From the NCBI GenBank assembly GCA_049724395.1, contig JAUGWO010000013.1, positions 186,001-250,000 of the forward strand: a DNA stretch of 64,000 nucleotides, given 5' to 3'. A program made the position numbers and the translations under genes. A model generated the notes under the pieces. The model was not told the origin of the DNA. It did no database searches and worked only from the letters and a program-made list of their open reading frames with translations. Below, piece after piece: positions 25,970 through 38,989 of this stretch. The DNA comes from Spongospora subterranea f. sp. subterranea. Its lineage: Eukaryota. Position 1 is the stretch's first letter, and each line of letters starts with the position of its first letter.

Positions 25970-28900
25970 ATGGGTGAGCAGAAACCGCAACTTCACCACG
26001 ACGCCTATACTCCGAGATGGTTCGTCAGCAATCCTGGCGACGATGTTGAGGATGCCGAGACTAACTACGAGCGAAGTCGCTCTTTGGCGAAAAATATCGC
26101 CCCAGCAGCTGTCGGCAAAACCATAAAAAAGATCATGGTATCTTTTATTGTTACGTTTTCGGAATCTGGATATTTCTGAATTTGCTCCTTATTAGGCTGC
26201 AAACCGTGGCGAAATTGTTATTCGGATTTGTCGCGCTGCTCATGAACTGGGCCTGCGGACCGTTTCAATATTTTCCAACGAAGATCACTTGAGCCTACAT
26301 CGTTATCACGCTGATGAGTCTTATCTGGTAGTTCTTGATCGAACACTGCTTTCAAAAAATTTTCATCACGTGTTAGGTTGGCGAGGGAAAAGCGCCAATT
26401 GCTGCATATCTTGACATTGATGATATATTGCGAATTGCCCTGGATAGTAATGTCGACGCTATCCATCCCGGATGTTTGTGAATCGATGAGGGCTCTGTTC
26501 CTAGGCTCGTGGTTTAACAATTTCTTGTTCTAGATGGCTTTTTGTCTGAGAGCGCTGAGTTTGCTAGGCGGGTAGCAGCAGCAGGTCTTATATTTATTGG
26601 ACCATCACCAGAAGTGATTGATGCTCTCGGAACGAAAACCAGTGCCAGGGAATTAGCCATCCAAGCAAACGTTCCTGTTATTCCTGGGTCTGACGGCCCC
26701 TGCAAGACGGTCGCGGTATGATGGATTGTTTGAAGCATTGTTATGTTCCTTATCGGTTAACGTCTCAGGACGTTGTTGCTTTTGTAAAAAAACATGGTCT
26801 TCCTGTAATTGTAAGAACCCCTCATAACTTGTTTTTGCTTAATCACTAACGTGTTCATGTCCAGTTGAAAGCTGCTTTTGGAGGTAAAAGACTATTGAAA
26901 CCTTTCTATCAATGCAGTCATAACGTTGGTAAATATTAGGAGGCGGTCGCGGGATGCGGTGTGGTTCTTGTATCTGTTAATTCCTATCTCTAATCTTTGT
27001 CTCAGAGTGATAAAATCCGAGAACGACATTGAGGAAGCGTTCAAGCGATGCACATCCGAAGCGGTGTCTGCATTTGGGAATGGGACCGTCTTTGTAGAAC
27101 GTTTTCTAGCGTCCCCGGTATCATCACTTCTTGTTTTTATTTTTCCAATGTTGCTGTTTCTGTAATTCATGAAACCAGTAGCGAAAATTCCATTATTTTA
27201 TGCTCTTTTACGAGTTGTCATATTATCCCAATTTATGCTTGCCATAACCATATCATTTTTAGCGCCATATCGAAGTTCAAATTATGGGAGACCTTCATGG
27301 AAACGGTATGTCTGCATCTTGCGCCTAAATTTCCTGAATCATGTTTCAGTTGTTCACTTCTTCGAGCGCGATTGCAGCGTGCAGCGCCGCTATCAAAAAG
27401 TACAGAGCGATCATAGTGCAAAGATGTCATTTCTCAGCGCCCAGCCATTTAGGTGGTAGAGTTCGCTCCAGCTCAGAATCTGAACCCAGAAGTCAGACAA
27501 AAAATCCTAGCAGATGCCATAAAAATCGCCAAGCATGTAGGGTATTCTAATGCTGGCACAGGTTCGCCACAGTTTTTCAATTTGATGTGCTTCTTAACTG
27601 TGATTTAGTTGAATTTCTGGTTGATGAAACGGATCGCTATTATTTTGTAAGTCATCCAAGTTGATTTTATGACAAGTATTAATCCATAATCAGATCGAAG
27701 TAAATCCCAGAATTCAGTGGGTGGTTTATGCAGCTCTTTGCTCTTAGATGATTCAACAAGTACATTTTCAGAGTCGAACACACCGTTTCTGAGGAAGTCA
27801 CGGGTTTCGATCTTGTTCGAGCACAGTTTGAGGTGGCTTGCGGTGCTTCGCTTCCAGAGCTGGGCATCACTCAAGATCAGATCGCTTGTACCGGTTGCGC
27901 CATTCAACTTCGTATCACCACCGAAAACCCGATGGTAATTCTTCTCGCTATACCTTGTATTCATTTTGGTTTAGTATATGGGGCTGACTCATAATCAGGA
28001 AAACTTCCAGCCCGACACTGGCCGATTAGAAGTATATCGGTCTAGTGGAGGTGTCGGCGTTCGTCTTGATGGCTGCTGTGCAGCTGGAGTCGTCATCTCT
28101 CCGCATTGTGTGTGATTGGCGTTTGCTGACACTGCCATCATTTAACGCTTTCGTAGATGATTCGCTGTTGGTCAAAGTCATCACCCGTGCTCGAACGTTT
28201 GAAGAAGCCGTAATACGCTCGTTAAGGGCCATTGCGGGTTAGTCAGTGACCTCTAGTCATGTTAATAGCCTCATATCGTTCTTAGAATTCCGAGTTCGCG
28301 GCGTTAAAACCAATATACCATTTCTTCAGGCATGTCGATGAATCTATTTGCTTCACGATCTTAGTGATTTTTCAGAGATTGTTAACCCATCCGTAATTTT
28401 TTGACCACTCGAGGTGCCCACACGAACTTCATTGACCAGACGCCGGAGATTCTAGTTTATCGGTTATCTGGAGACCGCGTTAGTATCCTTATAAGCCACC
28501 GGAAAGTTCATGTTGTGATAAGTTTTTTTACTGCAGGCAACAAAATTATTGGCATTTTTGTCGGATATCAAAGTGAACGGCTTGGACCTACCGGGCAAGG
28601 TCGAGTCGCTGCCCGAACCTCCAACGCCGCCACCAATGACGCTTTTCACCGCCTCACCTGATGTTCGTCCAACTGGATTGCGGGACATTCTCCTTGCCCA
28701 TGGACCAAAAGCGTTTGCAAAAGCTGTTCGCGAGCATAAAGGGGTACGGCACTGCGGTTTATTCAAAGCTTCTGAGAATGACGCTCTTTTCAGTTGCTGA
28801 TTATGGATACCACATGGCGTGATGCCCATCAATCACTGCTGGCTACACGCGTGCGCACATACGACATAAAGCAAATTGCTAGACAGACGTCATATGCGCT

Positions 28901-31793
28901 GTAATTTCAATGTGCTATTGGTTAATTTCTTAAAGCATTAAAATTTTCATAGTGCCAACGCTTACAGTCTTGAATGCTGGGGCGGAGCGACTTTTGATGT
29001 ATCACTTCGTTTCTTGCATGAGTGCCCTTGGGCTCGTCTAGAGCAACTGCGGCGTCGTGTCCCAAATATCCCCTTTCAAATGCTGTATGTCTCAATCCTC
29101 ATCGTACTTTGCCGGTCGGTTATAATTTCCCAGATTACGTGGTGCCAATGCTGTCGGCTACACTTCATATCCAGGTCTGTGATCTTGCCGTCAAATCCAT
29201 ATGTTTTGACACTATTCAGATAACGTCGTTTACGATTTCGTAAAATGTGCGCATGAGCATGGTGTCGATATTTTCAGGTCGGGAATCAATGCATTGGATT
29301 CTCAAATTGTTGAAATATATGTAGGGTGTTCGACTCCTTAAATAGCATTGCCAATCTCAGCCTTGGTATTTCGGCGGTTCATGCTGTTCCTGGAGCGGTT
29401 GTCGAGGCATGCGTATGTTATTCTGGCGACGTTTCCGACCCTTCCCGCAAAAAATTTACGACCGAATATTATCTTGAACTTGTGCGACAATTAGTTGCCA
29501 TGGACATCCATGTATTATCCATCAAAGACATGGCTGGATTGTTGAAACCTAAGTATTTTCTTCGTTTTTTTCGAAGTGTTCATGTTCATGTTGTCTTTAC
29601 CTCAGAGCTGCCCGTATTCTCGTTTCGGCGATTCGTGCTGAATTTCCAGACCTGCCTATCCATGTTCATACTCACGATACTGCCGGCACCGGTACATACA
29701 TTCACTTACTTATGTCAAAAAGCGTCCTTTTCTTTGTTCTCGTAATCAAGTATCCCTCTAGTTGTTGTTCATAATTTGTGTCCGGTTCTTTTGCGTTAGC
29801 GGTTTTTATTTTCCAGTTCATCTTTCAATCGCTGGCATTTTGTCTGTTTCTCATTGTAATATCAGGTGTTGCATCGATGATTGCCTGTGGAGAATCTGGT
29901 GCAGATGTTGTTGATGCTGCACTTGATTGTTTGTCGGGATTAACGTCACAACCTTCTATGGGTGCCTTAATCGGCGCGCTTAATGGAACACCGCTAGATA
30001 CTGGACTAAATCTCGAAATAATCTCGCATTTGAATGATTATTGGGAACTCGTTCGTGGTCAGATTCTTGTATTTCGCACTGTGGCGGTTGTCATACATGG
30101 CTTGTAGAATTATACGCTCCTTTCGAGTCTCCTAGTCTTCGCAGCGGAAATGCTGATGTCTATGTACAACACGAAATTGCTTTTTTCTGCATATACCTAA
30201 TTACAATTGTAGATTCATGAAATGCCCGGTACTTCCCTGTTTTATGATATTAGGTTAATCCTTAGGCAAATACATTCACTTAGGCGGTCAATTCACGAAC
30301 TTGCAGTATCAGGCTTTTAAACTCGGTTTGGGCAAAAGCTGGCCGGCAATCAAGCATGCATATGCCGAAGTATACCCTATCGTTTATTACTTTGCTCCCT
30401 GAATTCAATTTGTCTGGGTTGACAGGCCAATCGGCTTTTGGGCGATATTGTTAAAGTAACCCCTAGTTCTAAAGTGGTGGGTGATCTTGCCCAGTTCATG
30501 GTCCAGAATGGGCTTGATGAAGAGAGCGTAAAATCACAAGCTAAATCACTCTCGTTTCCCACATCAGTTGTCCAATTCTTCCAGGTACAACAGTCCCTTT
30601 TTTTTAAACATTCATTACAAGGTTTCGCTCAGGGCTACATCGGTATTCCACAAGGTGGGTTCCCCGAACCTTTACGATCCGATATCGTCAAGGACTTACC
30701 TTGCTTTACGGAACGTCCTGGAAAAACCCTTCCTGCAATGGATTTAGACGAGGTTTGCTCTGACATTCAGGACAGTTTCTGTATTTGCTCCTATGTCATT
30801 CGTTTTCAACTTTCGTTACCAAGTTTATATTAGTAGGCCTTATTCGAAGTGCTGAATTTGGTTCATTTGCCTTCATTACGTTTAACCACAACCTGAAAAA
30901 GTTGAATTCTTGAAATGTCACTGTAATTTCATCCCTTGTTTTAATGGAGACAATGTAGCTCAAAAGCAGGCTCGAAAAGTCGCACACTATTCCAATCAAA
31001 CATCGCGATGTTTTGAGCGCTGCATTATACCCTGAGGTAACCTGTTGGCGTTTTAATCGTTTTTATTTTTAAATTTTTGTGTCTTAGGTATTCGACGAGT
31101 TCGCCAAATACATTTCCCATTACGGAGATATATCAGTTCTCCCCACTAACATAGTTTTCCATCCTTGTTCTGTTGGAAAAGAATACAGCTTTGAACTGGA
31201 AAGGGGTAGTGAAGGAAGGTGTTTACCCTTTGCATGTTTTCAAATATCAGTAGGAAAGCGCTTATATATCAAGCTGCTTGCTATCGGGGTGCTGCAACCA
31301 AACGGGAAGCGCGAAGTTTTCTGGGAAATGAATGGTTCGTCTAAGGCAGTAGTGTAGGAACGGTAATATTTTATTTATTATTTCAGGTAACGCCCGATCG
31401 GTCTATATTGAAGATCGCGTTGCCGCCGTAGATAAGAAGGGTCGGGTTCCCTCGGACCCCAAAGATCCAGGGTAGGAATACTGTAGGATTATCCATCATT
31501 GTTTTCAATTTGATCGGCGGTGTAGTTCTATTGGAGCGCCGATGAGCGGAGTTGTTGTGGATATTCGCGTTGACGTTGGATCCGCTGTGAAAGTCGGTGA
31601 TCCACTTGCGATTTTGAGCGCAATGAAGGTAAATTCTTTGTGTTAGTCAAAAAATGCCACGCTTTAGTCTAATCAAAAATAGATGGAAATGGTAGTATCC
31701 TCACCTGTTAGCGGTGTGGTTTCCGTTATACCTGTAGTAGTCGGTGATTCAATCACAGCCGGTGACCTTATTGTCACCATCAAGAAAGCATAA
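25970..31793 (+). CDS. PC: Pyruvate carboxylase
   Basis: [110 protein letters not shown], biotinylation motif AMK-M. About 36 introns traced by eye; one extra base near 28394. Confidence 0.98.
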
Positions 31794-31844
31794 ATGCATC
31801 ATCAAAAACATCATTCAAATGAAATGTAACCTGCCAGTCTCACT

Positions 31845-33044
31845 TCAACGCTTCTCCATAGAACCTTTAATTGTACTGCTCAAATCTAGATGTATCCTAT
31901 CATTAGATAGTTTCTTTTCTTTATTGATATGTTCAATCTCTTACACAAATGTGATTAATCGTTTTTCCAGAGGATTTTCCCCGTTAGATATCGTTTTTTC
32001 TTCAGATATCTTTTTCTTCTTCTCAGACATGCCCCCAACACCGCTACGTTATTGATATGAGTAATTATTTGTTATTGTAATTTGCGTCAAACTTACTATA
32101 TGAATCTGTGGCGCTGGATGGTATTTTGATTCGAGGCTGCTCGGGGGAGAATGGCGGATATCATTGGCGAGCACAAATTCAAACTGTGGCGAATTTTCAT
32201 GCGGCCACGCCATTGCCTGGATGAGTGATTGTGAAAACCATCAAAGTATCCAGTATACAGGATCCGTCGCAGTTCGCGATGCACATCTGGAAGTAAATCA
32301 GGTTCGGATGCAAATCCAATTTGAAGGCAGCGATCAGTAAAATCGACGAGCAGATCGAAAAATGTATTATCGAGTTGCTTATCACATGTGCAATATTTCA
32401 TCATCAGCGATGCGTACCTGTAACTCGTACATCCATCAACAAGATCCTTTATAAAGTTGTGACATTCCTACCTAAATGATAAGGTCTTGAAACTTTGCGA
32501 TAATTCAACTTTTAGTTTGGGGCTTTCTTTCCAGAACTCGCTCCATGGTCTATATAGTTTTGGTTCTCGTTTCAGCACTCGGCAAACGGACTAACCTCAA
32601 ATTCGTTGACTTCATCAGTCGCATTTCTCGCACGCGCTTCCATACAACGAAATAGAAATAGACTCCCGATATAAAGGTGGTTGCCTCTGGAGTGTTCATA
32701 AATTCTGTGAATGCGAGAGACTGAGCTGCAGATTGGTCGGCGATCATAGCTTTATTGGCGTTGTCTACGAATAATGATTTCAGCAACGAGCAACGTGTAT
32801 TGAGAGTCATAAAAAATACCGATCCAGTCGGTCAAGTTGATTCGAACCGGTGTCACATTGATAGAGATTTGCTGGCTATGGCCTCTTGCGTGTCTGTTTA
32901 TCATATCGGGGATTCTTATGTCATTTTGAATACAATAACACTCTACCCTCTGGTTTCAGACCCCACTGATGGGATGCGGCGCGTCTTTGCAGCCTTTGTA
33001 CAGGATCCGACACCATCCCCTTTGTCTGAAACGGAGAGAAGCAT
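31845..33044 (-). CDS. PPP1R36-like protein (approximate ends)
   Basis: DNTFFDLL..F, VHRELRRILYTGYF and SLNLCSPMISAILP resemble the PPP1R36 family pattern. Spliceable exons. Confidence 0.45.
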
Positions 33045-33193
33045 CAATCTAAAATATGTGAATTTTTATTTGAGGCACGCTTTCGTCCAACGAAAAATAT
33101 CTCGTTTTATACCCAACAAACTACAATTTCCTGTTCGTTGATACCACAATACTATGGTCAATATTCTTTTGTCGCAACAGCAGCAATAATTTA

Positions 33194-34883
33194 TTATGGC
33201 GAGGTAAAAACTACACCGTTTGCGTTTAGGCGAGAAAACAATGAAGATTCACCGAAAGCCACTGCTGGAGTAAGTACGCCTCCATTGAATGGAAGTCGCT
33301 CCCGCTCCTTTAACAGTACAAAAGCAGATTGCACAGCACATATCGGTGTAGTCACGTACCTAAATGGACGACATAGCTCAACATAATCGTATAACGAAAT
33401 GTGATACCCTACCCTGGTTCTGGACCCACTACAGTAGCTTGGATCGAAATGTCAGGATCTTTTGATGATTCTGAAAAGAAGAGTCAATTATTTGTTTTGA
33501 TATATTCAATACTCGCTAACCGATTCCAAAAGAAGAGTAGCCTTTACCGAAAAATTTGAGAACGAAGCTGGTAGTCCGAATTTGGTGTACATCAGGGCCG
33601 GAACGAGAAACAAATCCACACGAAAATAATTCTGGAAACTGTCCATCCCCACAGGTTGGAAAGCTAATTGAGCCTTTGGTTACGCATTCAAACTTACTTG
33701 TAATAAAAGATAACGTCCCAGCCTAAACTTAGCCAGAGTCCAGAAAATGCATCCAAATATAAAGTACGCGAGAAGCCATGGGATTGATGAAACTGCGAAA
33801 TAGGCATGAAACTGTGGACATTTGGGAACCCCTGACGATAGAAAGAGATGACTTAAGTCGAGAGGTATTTAAAGCGATGATTACCTTTGGGAATGTCAAA
33901 ACGAGAAGATCTGCGAACTACAGAGCCATCAGCTCCAAAAAACGGTATTACCCAGCTTTTTACACGCTCGTCGTAATGGTAGGACGGACGATCAAGTTTT
34001 AGCCCTTTCGGCTGTGGATGGTCGTTATAACGAGTAGCGAATTGTTTGCGAATCTGGAACATGCGAAGTTCAATACTCGAGCACACAAAGTTTCGCGAAC
34101 TAACGTCGCGCAAATTCGCAGAATTTCCAATTCCATAAACGGCACTTTCATAAGTAGCAAAGTTGACTTTACTTCCTTGTATCCCGTTCTGTATTCGAAT
34201 GATGCATTCAATCTAAATTGCATCAACAATATGAATGGATCCATAACAGAGATCAACTCTGGCTCTCACGGAGGATATTGATGTGGCTCCTGCCTCTTTC
34301 AACTTCTGCCTGGTAAACATGGCGCCAATGTCCCCAGGTATAGAGTCAAAGCCGCAAGCTCCAACAATGAGCGTATCAGTTGCGACAGCAGCATCATGAT
34401 ACTTAAGTTGGATTCGCTCCAAAAATTCTGGTTCACCACAGATATCTATATAGTCTGCCTGAGCTTCAATACATGCTGCGACAACACCCTCCCCAGAAAA
34501 CCGGAACTAACCATGAGTTATCTATACAGTTCATAGAGATCAAAGGCATGGTAAAAGCTTACTGGCCCAACACAGTTGATTATAAGCTTCGCACTCATTG
34601 CCATATTTCGGAGGCTTATTGGATCATCGACGTTGGCCACAACCATGGGGTATTTCGATTCGAGTTCATCTAACACTTCTGAAACGCTTTATGAATATTA
34701 TACCTCGCAGAGGAAGGCGCAGCATAGACATGTACTTTGCATTCGTTCTCTACTCCGACCGGCAATTGCGATTTTATACCCTTCTCTGAAGTTCGCCTCG
34801 TAGAGATATTCGCAGACTCTGCGTCCGGTGAATCCGGTTGCCCCGAAGACAACTATATCATACATTCCGGACGATCTACCCAT
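33194..34883 (-). CDS. SCCPDH: Saccharopine dehydrogenase-like oxidoreductase
   Basis: YDIVVFGATGFTG, IAIAGRS, YIDICGEPEF, ACGFDSIPGDIG, GPEPGY, GGVLTPAVAFG. Confidence 0.9.
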
Positions 34884-35305
34884 TCCCCAAACACAACTGA
34901 TTGTTTGACTAACCGATCAGCCCCAATATCTATCTGAATATCAACTCCTTATCGCCTATCGCAACTGTCTCCCCTCCAACGTTACACCAACAATTTTCAA
35001 CCACTGTGTAACTAAAGACGACTCTGACTAAAACAGACAAATCCCACTGGCAGATTCAGGTTCGTTTCTGCAGAGTCATCATAGTTCTGGCGGTGTTCTG
35101 GCAATATTGTGCTAACTCTCCGTCGCAAAGAAGTACTATTTGAAACGTGTCGGTGAGTCCCAAAACGACAAGTTACTGTGTACTTCCTGTACGTTTTTGA
35201 CCAGAAAAGATTATATTTGCAGGTGTGTACGTTAGGTCTTCGTTGACGCCGCTTTCCATTCGGCAGCAGGATCTTTGCAATGCATGTTTGTTTAACGTTG
35301 CCGTT

Positions 35306-35591
35306 ACGAGGAGCGCTCCGGTTGGTCTCCAGAAGACTACACAAAAGAAGCCTTGTGTCGCTATGAAGACATGTCCAAAAACAATGCTCCTTTCTCCTCA
35401 ATGAGTTCGTGGGAAGTTTTACGCAAATCTCCAAAATGGGGCTCCTACACCAATCTGATAGAAAAGAGATTTGCGTAAAACTTCCCACGAACTCATTGAG
35501 GAGAAAGGAGCATTGTTTTTGGACATGTCTTCATAGCGACACAAGGCTTCTTTTGTGTAGTCTTCTGGAGACCAGCCGGAGCGCTCCTCGT
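35306..35591. repeat. Near-perfect fold-back palindrome
   Basis: Arms 35306-35431 and 35466-35591 (~126 bp, one mismatch seen) with a 34-bp spacer. Confidence 0.96.
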
Positions 35592-35898
35592 TGTGTACAC
35601 GCTGGTAAAATTCAGAAAATTTCGAAATCGATGCCTGTAAAGGCGACCATCTGGATTGCAATGATGACGCGGATCTGTAATCTGAGGCTGTTGGTTCAAT
35701 CCCCATATTGAACCGGTCTTCAACCCTGGACCAAAAGGTTTCCTGCTTCTGGCCACTTCCTATTATGGGGTTCTCCGATACATGCAGCCAAGATTGACAA
35801 AGCCGGACATCGTCCTTAGCTTTAAAGTTTTTTCCTCTCGGTCGTCGAATGCATTCGTTGAGATCGCCATCAACAACGACGACGCCTCCTCCAACCAT
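35466..35898 (-). mobile_element. Truncated PIF/Harbinger-type Myb/NAM-associated ORF
   Basis: DDVRLCQSWLHVSENPIIGSGQKQETFWSRV, RSASSLQSRW, RSGWSPED and SWEVLRKS match NAM-associated/Harbinger Myb-like proteins. No transposase ORF was seen nearby. Confidence 0.75.
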
Positions 35899-35980
35899 TA
35901 AACTACCTCCACTTCGGAGTTTTGTGAAAATCAGCTAGGGTAGGGACTAAGCCTAGTCACTACAGTAGCCTAGTGCTAAA

Positions 35981-36156
35981 CGGAAGTGTCTTTTGTCCAC
36001 TAGAAGTTCCATATTTCGATTATTCTCAACGTGTCCATCTCGCTTGGATGACCGCCTTTGTCCTATGGACTATCCAAGCGTGGACAAAAGACACTTCCCG
36101 ATCCACGCGTGGACAAAAGACACTTCCGATCCACGCGTGGACAAAAGACACTTCCG
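35981..36156. repeat. Small inverted-repeat element with triplicated right end
   Basis: CGGAAGTGTCTTTTGTCCAC at 35981-36000. Its reverse complement occurs 3 times with a ~28-bp period at about 36080-36156. Confidence 0.85.
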
Positions 36157-37166
36157 AGAGTCTTCCGAGTGCTAAATATCCCTGCTGACTACAGCATACA
36201 TACCCGGTGGGCAACAGGAATTTATCAAAACTCCGCGAAATTGGTTAAATATAGGTCTAGCATACCATCTAGCCTAACCGTTGGACATGCTCTAAACCTC
36301 GCACTATTTGGCCTACCGAAACACTACGTGGTGGATATGCTCTGAAGAGTAACAGTTTAATGGCCGTGGTTCTCGATCACCTTGATTCTGAGCCCAAGCG
36401 CGAGCGCCAATGACTTTCAGCCCAATGGATAAAGCAACAGAAAGAGAATATGATCCCCAATCGAAGACAAAAAACCTGTTCATCTTATCGCTATCCAAGT
36501 GATTCGAAATGTAGTTGCCTTCGTTGGAACTACTGTACGCTCTCAACAAGAGGCAGCCAAACGAAGTCTGTTATGAGCAGCAAATACCACCTCCAACGCT
36601 AAAAATAAATCGCATGTGCTCAAGTGGTGACTGCAACGTTAAACAAACATGCATTGCAAAGATCCTGCTGCACTTACTACCCAACAAATATATTAAAAAC
36701 TATTGATATTGCAATTCCACAGGCCTACAGTGCCCATTTAAGAAAGGCAGTCCCAAATCTCTGGAATAAGTTTCCGCGCACTCTCAACTGCAGTAAAGAA
36801 CAAGATAACCTTAATGTGGCGAATCAGGTGGCCGTTCGTCACTTGAATTGATGTTAACGCTCACATGCGTTGAAATAGTTTAACCGCATCAAAGCCGTCT
36901 GAGCAAAACATATTTTGACAATGCTCAAGAGCAGAGGAATCAAGGTTTGGTAGTACCTAAAGCCAATTCAACTGTAAAAAACAAGACCATTTGTGCTGTG
37001 AGCCCAATGAATGAGAGAAAGTTGGTAAAATACGAATCGCGATCATGGCATAGTCGTATCGCCTCAGGACCTGCTGACTGCGGCACAGCCAATGATGAGC
37101 CGTTCTGTCGAGGACGGCTTGGGTCGGTTCCAGAATTTTCTCCTTTGACGGCGTTCAGTCGGCAAG

Positions 37167-38384
37167 TCAATCCACGATTACAAAATCTAGCTGCTCCTCA
37201 AGTTCATCACAAGCTTCAGATGAAGGTGTGTCAGCTCGTACTTTCTCTTGAATAACTTGTCTCGTAGATGAAAGATTCACGGCCTCCAACAGCATCAACA
37301 AGTTCGGCAGAAAAGAGAACGGAGACACCATGGATTCAGACAGACCAGCCTCGATGCAGATAAAGCGAACGTCTTGGTCAAGAATATCTAATGCGGTCTG
37401 AAATACTAAACAAGAACTTGAAAGAGACAGAAAATACCTTTAAAAAGTTGATAAGGATACTGTGCAAATCCACTCATAGCACTTACTGGGTTTTTTTACC
37501 AAACCTTTCACACGTGACTCTAGACTCAGCGCCAAAATAGGTTAGGGGATGAGGTAGTTTCACTTTCATATGAGCTGTAAGAAAATGTCATTGTAAAACA
37601 ACGTTTGAACTTTGAAAGCGAGTACCTGAAATAGATAAGGTAACGAACACGGTATAGCCCAACGCAGCGACCATTGAATGTGCGATTTGGGCTTCAGCAG
37701 AATGAAGCTGTGTGTAAAGATCAAAGCAGTCATCTGGTAGTGTGCAAGATGCAATTGAACATGAATGCAGGGACACCCGTTTGATGGAGTAAAAATTCTC
37801 CAAGAGAAACTTGATGATCTTCCTTCTTTCAAGACGAATGGACGAGAGAAACCTGATAAACAATTTACAAACAATCGGAGTTTCATACTTTTAACATTAC
37901 CTATCAATCACGATTTGCCCATCTCGCATGCGCTTCATCATAACATCGGCGGATTCAACCGCACTTTCTGCTTGCGCCAGTTCATTCCGACAAAAATCCA
38001 ATTGACTCCTTCTAGAAATATTCGCCCGATTAGTGGCCTCGACAGTATTCAGTACTAAAACCCAAATCATCATAAACGATGCTGGAAATGTGCCAGAAAT
38101 TTACAGATTGATACAGCATTTTCGGCCTCATTGTAAACCCGATGATGAATTTGAACCGATGAGATATTATTAGCTTGAGTATTGGAATTTAACTCAGAGA
38201 GTGAGGCAAGCATTGGAGAAATTTGGTTCAGCATGAATTTCGCTTTTCGCCTGACTGTCAAAAGCTTGAACCGGTTATCGTTGATCGATCGATTCAAACA
38301 GTGTGCGCATATGAACTCATGATGCATTTGATGGCAATTTTGGCAGCGATGGATGGCCTGATCGCGGTCCTGACCATCGCTCAT
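37167..38384 (-). CDS. ATG14/UVRAG(Vps38)-family PI3K complex subunit
   Basis: N-terminal CQNC...FICAHCLN, coiled-coil, MVAALGYTV and FQTALDILDQDVRFIC. Ends ELEEQLDFVIVD*. Confidence 0.7.
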
Positions 38385-38496
38385 TCCCTGGTTTTTTAAC
38401 TGACCCGCTAATAAAGAATATGTTTAAACGTACAGTAGAACTAACATGGACGAGTGAAAATGTGCGACCGATGATGGGTTACACAGTGGTGTCTGA

Positions 38497-38989
38497 GAGC
38501 GATGGCAATACGGCACAATGACCCCGAGCGATGGCAATACGGCACAATGACCCCGAGCGATGGCAATACGGCACAATGACCCCGAGCGATGGCAATACGG
38601 CACAATGACCCCGAGCGATGGCAATACGGCACAATGACCCCGAGCGATGGCAATACGGCACAATGACCCCGAGCGATGGCAATACGGCACAATGACCCCG
38701 AGCGATGGCAATACGGCACAATGACCCCGAGCGATGGCAATACGGCACAATGACCCCGAGCGATGGCAATACGGCACAATGACCCCGAGCGATGGCAATA
38801 CGGCACAATGACCCCGAGCGATGGCAATACGGCACAATGACCCCGAGCGATGGCAATACGGCACAATGACCCCGAGCGATGGCAATACGGCACAATGACC
38901 CCGAGCGATGGCAATACGGCACAATGACCCCGAGCGATGGCAATACGGCACAATGACCCCGAGCGATGGCAATACGGCACAATGACCCC
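38497..38989. repeat. Perfect minisatellite, 17 x 29 bp
   Basis: Unit GAGCGATGGCAATACGGCACAATGACCCC. 493 bp = 17 x 29, no spacers. Confidence 0.98.

Larger units (their letters stand above)
35263..36671. repeat. 39-bp perfect inverted repeat pair bracketing ~1.4 kb
   Basis: GCAGCAGGATCTTTGCAATGCATGTTTGTTTAACGTTGC at 35263-35301 and its reverse complement at 36633-36671. Confidence 0.9.

Noticed and set aside
35012..35711. ORFs 35012-35488 (-) and 35409-35711 (+) as paralogous genes
   Set aside because: Their shared peptide is the antisense reading of the palindrome arms.
36080..36156. Mini-CRISPR
   Set aside because: Linkers are identical 8-mers, not unique spacers.
38497..38989. CRISPR array (29-bp repeat length)
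   Set aside because: Units are contiguous with no spacers, there are no cas genes, and the context is eukaryotic.
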